Positions 27,925-39,064 of a stretch of DNA of 64,000 bases are shown here, piece after piece (position 1 is the first letter of the stretch; each line of letters opens with the position of its first letter). Origin of the DNA: Halocafeteria seosinensis (taxonomy: Eukaryota). A program made the translations under genes and the position numbers. Where the stretch lies: the NCBI GenBank assembly GCA_001687465.1, contig LVLI01000346.1:1-64000 (forward strand), given 5' to 3'. A model generated the notes under the pieces. It saw only the letters and a program-made list of their open reading frames with translations. It was not told where the DNA came from and did no database searches.

Positions 27925-29083
27925 ATGGCGCAGTGCCGGCCGCAGACAACAGTAGTCGGAGCGCCGATGCAACAGCACTATTCTGAGCCACCACAAGCCT
28001 ATCCAGTTTATCAACAGGGGCAGCCGCATGACTCCGAGGTGTATGTCGTGTATGGCATTCCCTTAAGGTACGTCTTGTTCTTGGGGGGCGAGAATTTTTG
28101 CGTCTTACGCAAGTCGCAACCAATTGTCTGTGAGAATGAGTTCTTCAACCAACAATGATGGGAAGCTCGGTTGTGCATGCAGGAGTGAGCATGCGGCCAC
28201 CCTTACAAGGAAAGTCATGAATATATCGATTGCAATGTCAGTCCTTTCGTTCTTTGCGTGGGCAATAATGATTGCCGGAGCTAACACCACCGTACTGGAT
28301 GAGGAGCACCGCGACGAGGAGGACGATTCCGGCGGCGTCAACGTCCCGTTGGTATTCGGGATAGCTGCAGTTTGCATACCGCTGTAAGTCGGAAGAAATA
28401 GTGCTTCTGGTATTTCAATCGTCCCATAAGCTGTAATCTTTCAGCTGCGGATATACTGGAGCCAAGAACGCAAGGTCCAATCTCCTTACTTGTGTAAGTG
28501 GAAGCAGACCTCGTCCATCTATGGATGAACAAAAAAAATGTGAGATATGTCTTTCAGTTTTGGGTATGGAACCTCCTTTGTGTGGCATATTTCTCGATTG
28601 TTGTTATTCTGAACCTGCTGGTACTGGCAAGTGGAGCTCTAAACGACACAGGAACAGCACGTATGTTATCACAGCCTCCACACCTGTCCGTTTATTTGCA
28701 CTGATTCTCTTATCCCTTCTGCAGTGACGGTTTTCTTTTTGCTTTTTGGAATCGCGGCTGTTGTTCTACAAGTGTTTGGCGTGGTGTACGGGAAACGTCT
28801 CGCAGAAGATGAATACTGGTCCCGTATATCGGCTGCAGGAATTCCCACAGCAACTGCCGTACAGACAGTTCCCCAAACAACTCAGTCTGTATCTGGATAC
28901 CCGTCTTATGGATATCCGTACGGATACCCGCAACAGCCTCCTGTGGGCTATCCCACTGATCCCTCAGCATCTCGGTCTGGTCAAGCCTCTAGCGGAGCGT
29001 CATTGAACCCTCCGGCACCTGCGTACGATCCCGAGGTACAAGTGCCGAGCAAACAGTATCGAGGAAACAGCAACCAATACTAA
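27925..29083 (+). CDS. Small 4-TM tetraspanin-like protein, tandem copy 3 (5 exons)
   Basis: VYGIPLR/SEHAATLTRKVMNISI..CIP/CGYTGAKN../FWVWNLLC../..GVVYGKRLA + YPSYGYPYGYP tail. Confidence 0.85.
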
Positions 29084-29828
29084 CTGCTATGAGAGTTTAA
29101 GCAAGGCGTAGACTGGTTAGGGAGTTACATATGCAACCCTGGTTGAGTACAACGTCTTACATAGAGAACTGAACTGTAGCATTGTTTGGCGCATTTCACC
29201 TAGAGATAGCCTCCCGTGCACGCGGATTATATGCACATAAACGCAACGGCCTACAGGACTTACAGAATGAAGTTCAGACTCTCAGAGATTCCCCGGACTT
29301 GGGAAGTCGTGGATGCTATGTGATGGCACATGTTGATTGTCTTTTTGGAAATTTGCTTATCAGAAAATCTTGAACGTATTTGCTGCCAAAGCTCAAGCAA
29401 TCAAAGGGATCACCAATTTGTTTAGCACATTCCTTGATTTAATGAATGTCTGCATGAAGCTATTGACAATACGTACAACGCGGTTGAAGTGCCATCTTAT
29501 CTGGCTTCACAAAAATCTAAACTCGCAAATGCTGCAGGGATTCATGCTATTCTGGCACTAGCGAGTCCAACAATTGGGTTAATAAGGTGGTCATTTCCAC
29601 CTGTGGTGTTTTTCATTATTGGGCCAAACATAGTCATACTCTACCTCATGAATGGCTACATTTTGCCTGTAGCTGCCGCACCAGCTAGTTCGGTGGAATG
29701 TCCTCGCACCCTGGGATTTGTGGATTTCGAAGAGAAACCCATAAATTAGCCATAATCCCGATGCAGCATTTTGTCTATTTATGGCAGAGGCTGGCAAATA
29801 CTCTCTATAGGACAATTCCTAAGCGATA

Positions 29829-30467
29829 ATGGAGGACTCCCAGTACTATCAGGCATTGGATGCTCAGAACCAAATCATCCAAGGAGCGGATGTGGAGGAA
29901 CAGCTTGTCGGTAGATTTCTTGGACTGTCTTTCGACGGAAGAGACCGCAGAAAGGTGATAAAGAAGCTGTTAAACATCTGTCTCATTTCTGGGACACTTT
30001 CAGCAACTGCTGGTGTAATCTCGCTCGCCGCCATGAGCATCCAGGGGACGACAATGACTTGGTACATAGTGTTCAGCGTCTATGTTTTCGGCACTATCTC
30101 GATTGCTGTAATTGGATCCGTCTATGGCCTTTATCCAACTGTCTCAGGGCTCTCTGTTGCCTTCGTCACGATGGTCTTACTTTATATCATAGACCTTAGC
30201 CGGTGCATAGTCTTTTACATCTATGTGGCTTTGAATTCCTCGTATAGCAGAGGCATGAACCAAGCTGCAGTGATTGTTACAGCTTCCGTCTCTATGCTTC
30301 TCTTCCTGGCAACATTGTTGATTCGGAGGGTATATACATGGAATCCAGCTACTTTTGAGTTCATACCTACCGCTCCTCCGGTCCAATGGGCTGTTGAAAA
30401 CCAACAGCCAGAGCAGGAGCAAGAGGAAACCGGCTATCGAACAAACACTGAACCTATACAAGAGTGA
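29829..30467 (+). CDS. Intronless 4-TM membrane protein, probable distant member of the tandem family
   Basis: 212-aa ORF with four hydrophobic segments; FLGLSFD..KVIKKLLNICL resembles YGIPIRD..KLTRKVMNISL; IPTAPPV resembles IPTATAV/IPVAAPV. Confidence 0.65.
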   Translation: MEDSQYYQALDAQNQIIQGADVEEQLVGRFLGLSFDGRDRRKVIKKLLNICLISGTLSATAGVISLAAMSIQGTTMTWYIVFSVYVFGTISIAVIGSVYGLYPTVSGLSVAFVTMVLLYIIDLSRCIVFYIYVALNSSYSRGMNQAAVIVTASVSMLLFLATLLIRRVYTWNPATFEFIPTAPPVQWAVENQQPEQEQEETGYRTNTEPIQE

Positions 30468-31204
30468 GAGGATATAGCTGAGGTAGTAGAGTTGGAAGAT
30501 CTGCAATGTGATTTTCATCGTATGGTGATAACTTCAGTGACGAGGTGCACTTAGAATTGGAGTTCAGCAAGCAAGAGCTCGCTATGCAGAAACTTTACAT
30601 GGCTAGGGACGTTTTGGCATAAGTGCACGCACCATAAAAATTACTTCATGATCAAGCAGTAGGGATACATAATAGTTGGTCGAGATTAGTTGAATCGGCC
30701 GGTTACAAGTTGACGACGCTCCACTCAAGTATCAAAATACGAGAAGAATCATCTCATTCTGTCATCTTAATAGTGTCAGTTTGGTATCTCATTTGCACTA
30801 ATCATGTGGTATGGCTGCGTCTACTCTACGCTCCCCACTATGCAGAGTGGCACTGCGTCGAGAGACTGCAGCAAGGTTCACAACGAGGTGGTGCCTACTA
30901 GCACTGCCTAGGCCCTAGCTGTAGCCCACAGCTACTTCCAGAGCTTGAATTGTGGCATTGACTTGTCATATTTCACCAAACTCTGTGAGTACAGTCTAGA
31001 CATAAATTTTGGTGGTGCTCGCTTTAGTTTCCTCTCAATTGTCGTTCGGAGTGCTGCTGCTTGCCTCCCGACCATCACAACCTGCGTTCTATGACGTGTA
31101 TGTCGTAAACAGGGAGTTCATACTCCATTCTACTGCACCAAAAGGGGATTCACACCATGGGGGACTAGTCAGCGATAGTGTACGTGAGAGATTGACTTTG
31201 GGAG

Positions 31205-32099
31205 ATGGAGCGCGGAGCAACCACTGCTCTGCGGCTTCCAGCGAATTCGTCGTACATCTATGGACGCCCTGTAACGTGAGTCGTCCAATATCGCTTATTA
31301 CAAGCGTTTTTGGAGATTGCATACCTGTCATTTGCGAGGTTTCGTGCAGCTACTTTAATCTCCCAAAACTACGACGGAAACTAGCGCTGGTGGCGAAGAT
31401 CATGCCATCGGTTCTAGTGTTTGGATGGATCTTCAATTTGGCGGGGTTTTCGGAGATGGATGAATTCGAGACATTCTTGCCACAGAGAATGTTCTTGTCG
31501 CCTGTTATTTTGGCTCTTGTAGTGGCTGCGTACGGTATTTGGCATGTATTGTTTGGAAATTTCATCAAGGAGCGGTCACGTTGAATTTGGGGAATCTGTT
31601 GCAGATACGGGTTCTATGGTGCGAAATTGCAAAATAGGCGGTACATACAAGTTGTAAGTGGTACGCGGGTAGATGGCGTCGTCATCCAACGTACTCGCGA
31701 AGTAAGCCAAATTTGGTGTATTTCATACAGTATACTGTGTGTAACCTTGTATTGGTGCTCCTGTTTCCTCTAAACTTGACGCAATTTATTCTGGTGATTG
31801 TTGATGGTAGCTTTTCAGAAGGAGCAATCGGTTGTATGTATTGCTTGTTGTCGCGCTAGCATTCACCGTCGATGGCCTATCTCTTTCGGCTACGTGCAGA
31901 CTTGACGATTGCATTGCTTTTCAACCTAGCGGCAGCCGTGTTGCAAACGGTTGGCATTGTATATGGAATGCGGTGGCTTCGTATAAGGCCCTCTGAAATT
32001 GCTATTGAGGATGATGTACCGATAGCAGTCCCAGTGGAGTCGGGTACGGTACAGCCGAACCATTCTCAGCCTCCACATGTACAAGTGGAAACTGTGTAG
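31205..32099 (+). CDS. Small 4-TM tetraspanin-like protein, diverged tandem copy (5 exons)
   Basis: MERGATT..YIYGRPVT/YFNLPKLRRKL../YGFYGAKLQNRRYIQV/YTVCNL../..LQTVGIVYG..VPIAVPV; same four intron positions and phases. Confidence 0.8.
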
Positions 32100-32617
32100 G
32101 CGAACTTCTAATACCCAGTTCGACCACACCTGCCCGCTCCAGAGTCCAGATCAGAATGCTTATCTGATGATATATTTGAGTTATTCCTCGAACTTTAAGA
32201 GAATGGATTTAACAGCAGCTTGTTAGTCCTGGATTTCGTTATTGGGAGCCAGTTTCAGCTCGTGCCCAGTTGTACTCTGCCTGGCTTATGGTAGCAGGTT
32301 CGGATTCCAGAGCTCATTTGCACTTCGAAGTTGCAGTCATCACACCGAGACGTACCTGGATTCCACCTGCGAACATTGTCGCATAAGACCTCAAGAGTTA
32401 TTTGTAGTATAGCTGAATAAGATGACATGACTCCACGTACGCTTGCGCAAGGCTTCGCCTGATGGATTAGTAACCAGTCCAGGATTACCTACAAGCTTCA
32501 AGTTGGCAAGTCGTGACTTCCCTTGGCGAGTCGCCACAGTGGGGTATTGTTAGGAATCCCCAATTCTTGTCCCTTGTTGTAATGCTGATACCATAATTTT
32601 GGCGCATTAAAGTAATA

Positions 32618-35600
32618 ATGAAAGAAACACTAATCGAGTGGGCGACGCGGTTGGATGACCTATGCATCACCTACAGCGTTCGCTCCGCCGCGTACGCTGC
32701 ATTTTTGGAGATAGAGGATGAAGGACTCAACGAGGAGGAGGAGGAGGAGGAGGAAGAAGAAAATGCATCATGGACGTCCACGCGGCGAGGAAATTTGAGG
32801 ACGGAAGAGGGAAGAAGTCAAGAAGCAGAGGAAGCTGACCAGTCTTCCTTGAGAGGGCTCCTTGGAAGACCGACGGCGCTTTTTTGGGCCTTTTGTCTTA
32901 TTATTACTTTACTAGCCGATATATTAGGGTAAGCACGGAAGGAAAAGTAATGCCGCTTCTGAACACTTGCGAGGCGATCATACTGTCATTCATGTCCTGC
33001 AGAGCAATCATTCAGACAACAATATTCTTATTCACGGGAATCGGTGCTATTGTGATACTGTTGGTGGGAGGCTTCATTGCAGCGCGCTATTTGCTCAGAA
33101 TCATGATGTTTCCTATGAGCTGTAGCATGATTAAGAATGGCGAAGAACCGCAGTTAGGTTCGATGATAGACGATACCCTCCGAACGGCGTTGTGGAGGGT
33201 GTACCGGTACCTGGATTCAGTGGGGCAACGGGACGACCCAGCCTCGTTGTGTGAATTGGATAGAGACTTAATAACAGAAGGCTCCTTACTGATAATATCG
33301 CACTATGCTGGTGTTCTACGTGGAGTCATAGAACAACAGCAACAGATGCGAAGAAACTCGGAGAATGACTGGACAACATTATGGTTCACGGCTTCACCGT
33401 TCCTCTTAAGAGTTCATCACGAATTAGTGTCCCTCCTTGGTGCCGTGCACAGTGTAAGGAGTGAAGTTGTTCGCCAAGCTGGGTTTTTACTCAGAGAATA
33501 CTCACCTCGGGAGTACTTCTGTGGTAAGGAAGAATCAAGCGAACGCTTAGAACTGAACAGTGTTCATGATCGCATATTAGAGAGGATACATCGTGCGATT
33601 GAACAATACCTAGATGAAACGCACGTTGAAAAACGTCCTCACATGCTGCCTTGCTCAATTGAAGCACAGGAATTTATGACGAGCTACATCGTTTCTTCCC
33701 GAGGATTCAGTGACGACAAGGCAGTCGACGAACAGTTCAATCACACCGGACGAACAGAAGAGGCGAGGGCTCTACGGGAGTTTTTTGAAACACATACACG
33801 GAACGACGAACTACCGGGTAAGTAGTACAATTTGCTCGAAAGGAGAGAATACGCTAGTACACATGTTTTTCCTCACGCTCTGCAGCGGCGGACTATTCAG
33901 CTCTTCACGAAAGCACAGTTCCTTGGGTTCCGTCCCATTGTCATTGGTTTACCGCTTATTCTATTGTTTACAGTTACGAGTTGAATTTACGAAAGCGCAT
34001 TCAGCACGCAAAGAAGCATGCTGAGATGGCTTATCAAGTTGCGTCGTGGATCCATGCAACTCCAGCTCCCCTATACCCACACACATTATCGGAATCGTCG
34101 CTTGGACAAACAGTGCATAGCTTACCCACAGGAAGGCACCCACAAGGGATGGGATGGTATCTTGGTCGCAGTGTCTCATATATCGCGCTGGTTTGTGGCC
34201 GCGCGATGAAACACTGTAAAGTATGTCTCCATCGCCTTTGCTGCAGGCTCGTATCGATGTGCCGGCAATTTTTTCGGAGATCGACTAGTGAAGAGGAGAC
34301 TACTGCTGAAAATGGGGATATGCTGGCACCGACATCGCCTAGCTTGTCCGGGTCTCTAGAATCCACCCCTATCGGGCAACAGTATGAAGGATGTCACGGG
34401 TTAGTCTTAAAGCGATTCTCAAAACTTCCGGCTTTGTGGCCAGTACAGCATAGCTTAGAGCAGTGTTCCTCCCACTTAGTCGGGGAATTATACAACGACT
34501 GGAAAGCTGTGGAAAATGGGCAATCGGAAAACAACGAAAGTGCTCCAACTGACGACAATGCTAGTATGAGCGAATCTTTTTTCGCGAAGGACACTTTAAG
34601 AAAAATGCAATCGCTGATTAATTCTAGTGTCATAGATTACTTGCTGGAGCCCCCGAATTTGCATGATTTTCATTGTTTTGACAGTTATGATTTTCTGCGA
34701 CTTGAGATGCACTACTTGTGGCCTAGTTCGGAGTCATTCAATGTTCCCTTTAGCCAGGACAGACCTAGCGTAGCTGAGTCTGTCGGACACCGTTGCAACA
34801 ACTTGTTGTGGAGTTTGAGCAACTCTCTTCGTTCAGTAATGCTTCATTTTTACTCGACGCTCTTACTGTCGAAGTACCGTCGATGTCTTCTAGTTTTCAG
34901 TAACTCCCTGCGGTTTGTTATCTGTTGTACCTGCTGCTGGATGGGGAGACGTCGCATACACAAGGAGACCGATCCCTTAACGGAAACCAGCGGAAATAGT
35001 GGGATCGATGCCGTTTTCATACGTCCCAGAAACAATGAGAAGAGAAGGAGAACTACTGTTCTATTGTGTGAACCTAATGGTTGTATGTACGAGTTTTATG
35101 CTAGAATGACGCAAGACATTCATGATTACACCAACCGAGGCTATAATGTACTGATCTGGAACTATAGGGGGTATGGAAGGAGCGCAGGTTGTCCAAATCT
35201 TGGAACCACATGCAGCGATGTGGAGGCACTGGTGCGCCGCTCCCGGGAGCTATTTGGTGGAGAAATTTCCCGTCTGATTGTGTACGGAACTTCGATCGGT
35301 GGGGTGTCAGCTTGCCACTTGGCAAGACGTGGAAAGGTTGACTACATGATAGGTGACCGCAACTTTAGCGATCTCCCTCGTATTGCTGGTACAGTCGTGG
35401 GAAGCTGGGCCAAGACGGCAGTTCGCTGGATTGTAAGAGAGAGTGACTGGCTAACGTGCAATGTTGATGCGTATCTGGACGCTAAGTGCCCAAGATTGCT
35501 ACTTGTAGCTCCCCTCTACGATGAGGTTATCCATGTTACCAGCTCACTTGTTGGGGGAATTGCCGAAATAGTAGATTGTCATTCCGCTATGTCCCTCGCT

Positions 35601-36893
35601 ATAAGCGAAGCGACAGCTCCTAAATCGCTATACTCTCTGCACAGCCTCCTATTGGACGTTCTGCGATCGGATGATGCTATTCAACCCGAAGCAGAGTATG
35701 CTTCACCTGCAACTTTTATGATGCCGTGCCGCAAGCAGTGTAGCAGGTGCAGATGGTGTGACAAAGAGGAGCGAAGTGCCACGCGGGGTAACACGAGTGA
35801 TACAGCTTCCCCAGAAAGATTAAGTACAGAGAGGAATACATTATCATTACTTCAGACGAAGGCCACCAATCACGTTACTGGAAAACACACAGAACCCCCG
35901 CCTCACTTCGCGTTACTGGCGCACGAGCTCCACATTATGCTCGTACGAGGGTTGACGCGAACAGCATTTTGGATATTAACGCCGTCAACATTACGCCAAT
36001 CAAACGTAATGAGTGGTTTACAAAGAAGCATGCCGCCGAGTTTGGATAATATATCGTCAGATATACCTCATAGCTACATTGATCATGACCTACTAATACG
36101 AGTGCTTTTGAGTTTCTTCAAAACGTCCAGCAAGGTTAAACGGTGTGGAACTCATTCTTCGGCCTTTGAAGAGAAGTACCGTAAAAAGAACCCTGGGCTT
36201 TCTAAGGTCACAATGGTAAACCTCAGTAAGCAATGGGACAAGATAATTGACAATGTAGGGGCGCCCGATGTGTTAGAAGCGCTAAATAACTCAGTGCTTT
36301 TTAGCTTGGCCATATTCCTTATCCTACGGATGGAGAACTGTATCCATTACCCTCTGTATCAGGCGTTCCTTGAGAGCCGCAAGTCCATGTCTCAATTTTT
36401 CAGGGTTGAGTTTACTTGGAAGGATGCAATATTGAGTGGTCTGCCCTCCATGCCTGTTACGACTGCCATCAAGATCGCGCTTCAATGTCTCGGACATCTC
36501 GATTGCTTTGCAGGAATGGACGACGGTGATGAGGTTCGCGTTCGTGATCCAACTCTAGTGCAGCTGGTGGAAAAGGCATGTACTTCAGGTGGATTACGAA
36601 ATTGGCAAGATCTCCTGAATCTTTTGCACGAGCGGCTTAATGGCTGTGTGCCATCAAAGGAAGATTACATTCCAAAGAGTGATATAGCACACGACTCGTT
36701 GAGGTTGATGTACTCATTGGCTTTCATGTTTTCTACACTGTACTTAGTACCGGATTCACGCAACGACCAAATCTCAAAGAGGGGGCATGTGCTGACTATG
36801 TTTTCCACGCATAATTCTCCGTTACCTAGAAGTGTGTTTGATATGGTGCTTTCTAGAGCCGAGCAAGCTGGGCCATCCGCAGCTTCAGAATAG
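32618..36893 (+). CDS. Membrane-anchored alpha/beta hydrolase, ABHD16-like
   Basis: TVLLCEPNGCMYE, GYNVLIWNYRGYGRS, nucleophile elbow GTSIGG, YDEVI, C-terminal THNSPLP; N-terminal TM segments; two 5' introns (~32929-33002, ~33819-33885). Confidence 0.8.
32732..32760 (+). repeat. (GAG)n coding microsatellite (poly-Glu)
   Basis: gaggaggag run encoding NEEEEEEEEEEN. Confidence 0.9.
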
Positions 36894-36898
36894 CGCCA

Positions 36899-37634
36899 TC
36901 ATTTCTTTTTTGAGGCCATAGATGGAAGAATAAAGACACCTGAAGTCTGCATTCCCCATCCATCGAATAAGAACTGATTAACTATCTTTTGCAAGTATTG
37001 CTGCAAAGCACAAAAACGTAGACGGTAATTCGGTTCACTCCAAGAATCTGCAGTAAGTGTGTCCGTACCTCGTCAGTTTCATCGAATGCCTCGGGCGAAT
37101 TGGAATCGATGTCTAGGACCGAATGTACCTGCGGTAGCCCACCAAAATGGATGTCATACACACTTAGATTCTATACTTATCTGCTCTTACCCTTGTTGAG
37201 GCTGGGTACAAAACAGGAACCACCATTTCAGCTTGCGTGACGTCATCACATGCAATGTAATTTTCGATCTTATTGACATCATCCACTCGTTGAATCGTTT
37301 GCTCCTCCGCTGCGACGCCGCAGACACCTTTACCGAAATCGATAAGCCCACAAGCTATGAGTTCTCCTTGATATGGTCCAATCGACAAACTCTTATCCCC
37401 GCGATGCACGTAGAATCCTACAAACGACATGTATTTGAACGCAAGTTTCAAATACGAGCAGATAGTCGACATGCGTCCCATGCAGTCAACATCATACTTG
37501 TTAAAAAACTTGCTCAATGCTTTGATTATTGTTTCGTATTGTGCTTGTTTCTTTTCTGTATCATGCTTATCGTCCGTCTCCAGTGGCGTAATGGACTTCT
37601 GCCAGAGCCCGCATGCTCCACCTTCCGCCGACAT
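36899..37634 (-). CDS. msrC: GAF-domain free methionine-R-sulfoxide reductase (fRMsr), 3 exons
   Basis: FVGFY, IGPYQGELIAC, GKGVCG, YIACD, EMVVPV, and spliced SVLDIDSNSPEAFDETDEQYL; the three family cysteines are present. Confidence 0.9.
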
Positions 37635-38230
37635 TACTGTTTGTTAGAAGTGAGTATTGAGATCCCTATGTCACACTGCACAATCAATAGTTCACCGCCG
37701 TCACCTTTGGCTATACAACCCTTACACTTATGTACCTTGTCATTATACAGTTCTTCGGAGAATCAATCGTTAAGGTGCTTCACATCCATCAATCAGATTT
37801 TCTTCTGAAGTTCTTTAGATTCGGTAAATCGCCCCAAGAGAAACACTGCGACCTCGTAAAATGTCATTTTGCACTAGTCTATGTCTGGTTTACTGGAACA
37901 TTCAATGCATGAATTCAAGCACTCCAAGGAGCCAGGAGAGAGAGTTGTCAGGAACCTATTACTAAAACCTTGCGCCAAAGGCAACTTGCTGAAACGTGAT
38001 GGAAAAGCATGCAAAGTAGGTTTTCTCTCCCAGCTCTTGCATACCTACCGCATACAGTTATATCAGTGGTACCACCATGACTTCTCAAGTCCCTTTCCGC
38101 ACCCAAGTTGAAGTTGGTATAATCTCCATATTGAAGAGCGCTTCTCTGGTCGTTTTCAGATTATTCAGGTGTAATGGGATAGTTGTATCGCATTTGTTTA
38201 GAGCATTACTAGGTAGTGTACCCGTGTAGA

Positions 38231-38985
38231 ATGTTTTCTCACCGAAATAGTGCTCCTACGTTTACTACAGTGACTGAACAAGAGAGGCCTGAGCAGCAGC
38301 AGTCCAGACCTTATCACGTGGTGCATAGGAGCAATAATACCCGCCAACAGCAACGAAATCATCGCTACCATGATGATGACGAGGAGGATAAAGTCGTCAG
38401 GTTGAGACTGAGGCCGTACGAGAATAGTGAAGCGACAGCCACTTCAAACCCAGGGGAGTCTTCCAAGAGATCTCAGAGGTCGAAGTCCCTCAACGATAAA
38501 AAGAAACAGGTTAGGTGGTCTGCAGACACCGTTGATAACGAACAGATGGGAAAGAAAAAGTCGAAGAGTACGTGAGATGTGGGGCTTTCACTTTTTCCGA
38601 AGAGAAGCCTTACTTTACACTAACGTGGGTTGCAGGGTGTTGCATTTATCACAAGGAAAAAGGGTTTGGGGAAAGCTCAACAGAGAGCGATACAAGTGAT
38701 GCTAGTACGAACACAGATGAAACAGATTATGATACAGACGACACTAGAGCCAAGAAGAAGCGCAGAGAGAGGGTTCGTCGGAGACGGGAGCGCTATCGCC
38801 GCAAATATCTTGGAGAGCAGTACGGCTCTAGTGAGCAGTCTCACTCGTCCAACACGCTAATGAACGACCCGAAACTGGACAACCAAAGGAGCGTTTTCAC
38901 CAAATGTCAGCGTTGTGGTCATCAACATGAAATGCCCGAAAACGAGGATGATGACACATCTTCTACTTCTTCTAACTCTTCCTAA
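38231..38985 (+). CDS. PPP1R11: Protein phosphatase 1 inhibitor-3 (PPP1R11/Ypi1), 2 exons
   Basis: KKQVRWSADTVDNEQMGKKKSK..CCIYHK..FGESSTESD: RVxW motif plus CCIYHK signature. Confidence 0.92.
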
Positions 38986-39064
38986 TTAGGTGTTTCGACG
39001 CTTTCACGCGATCAATACTACACACCATCCGATTACATGCCACCGTCTGCATAGGTGTGTCCTA

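Noticed and set aside
32280..32320. tRNA-like A/B boxes (tggcttatggt..ggttcggattcc)
   Set aside because: Boxes are too close together and no cloverleaf can be drawn.
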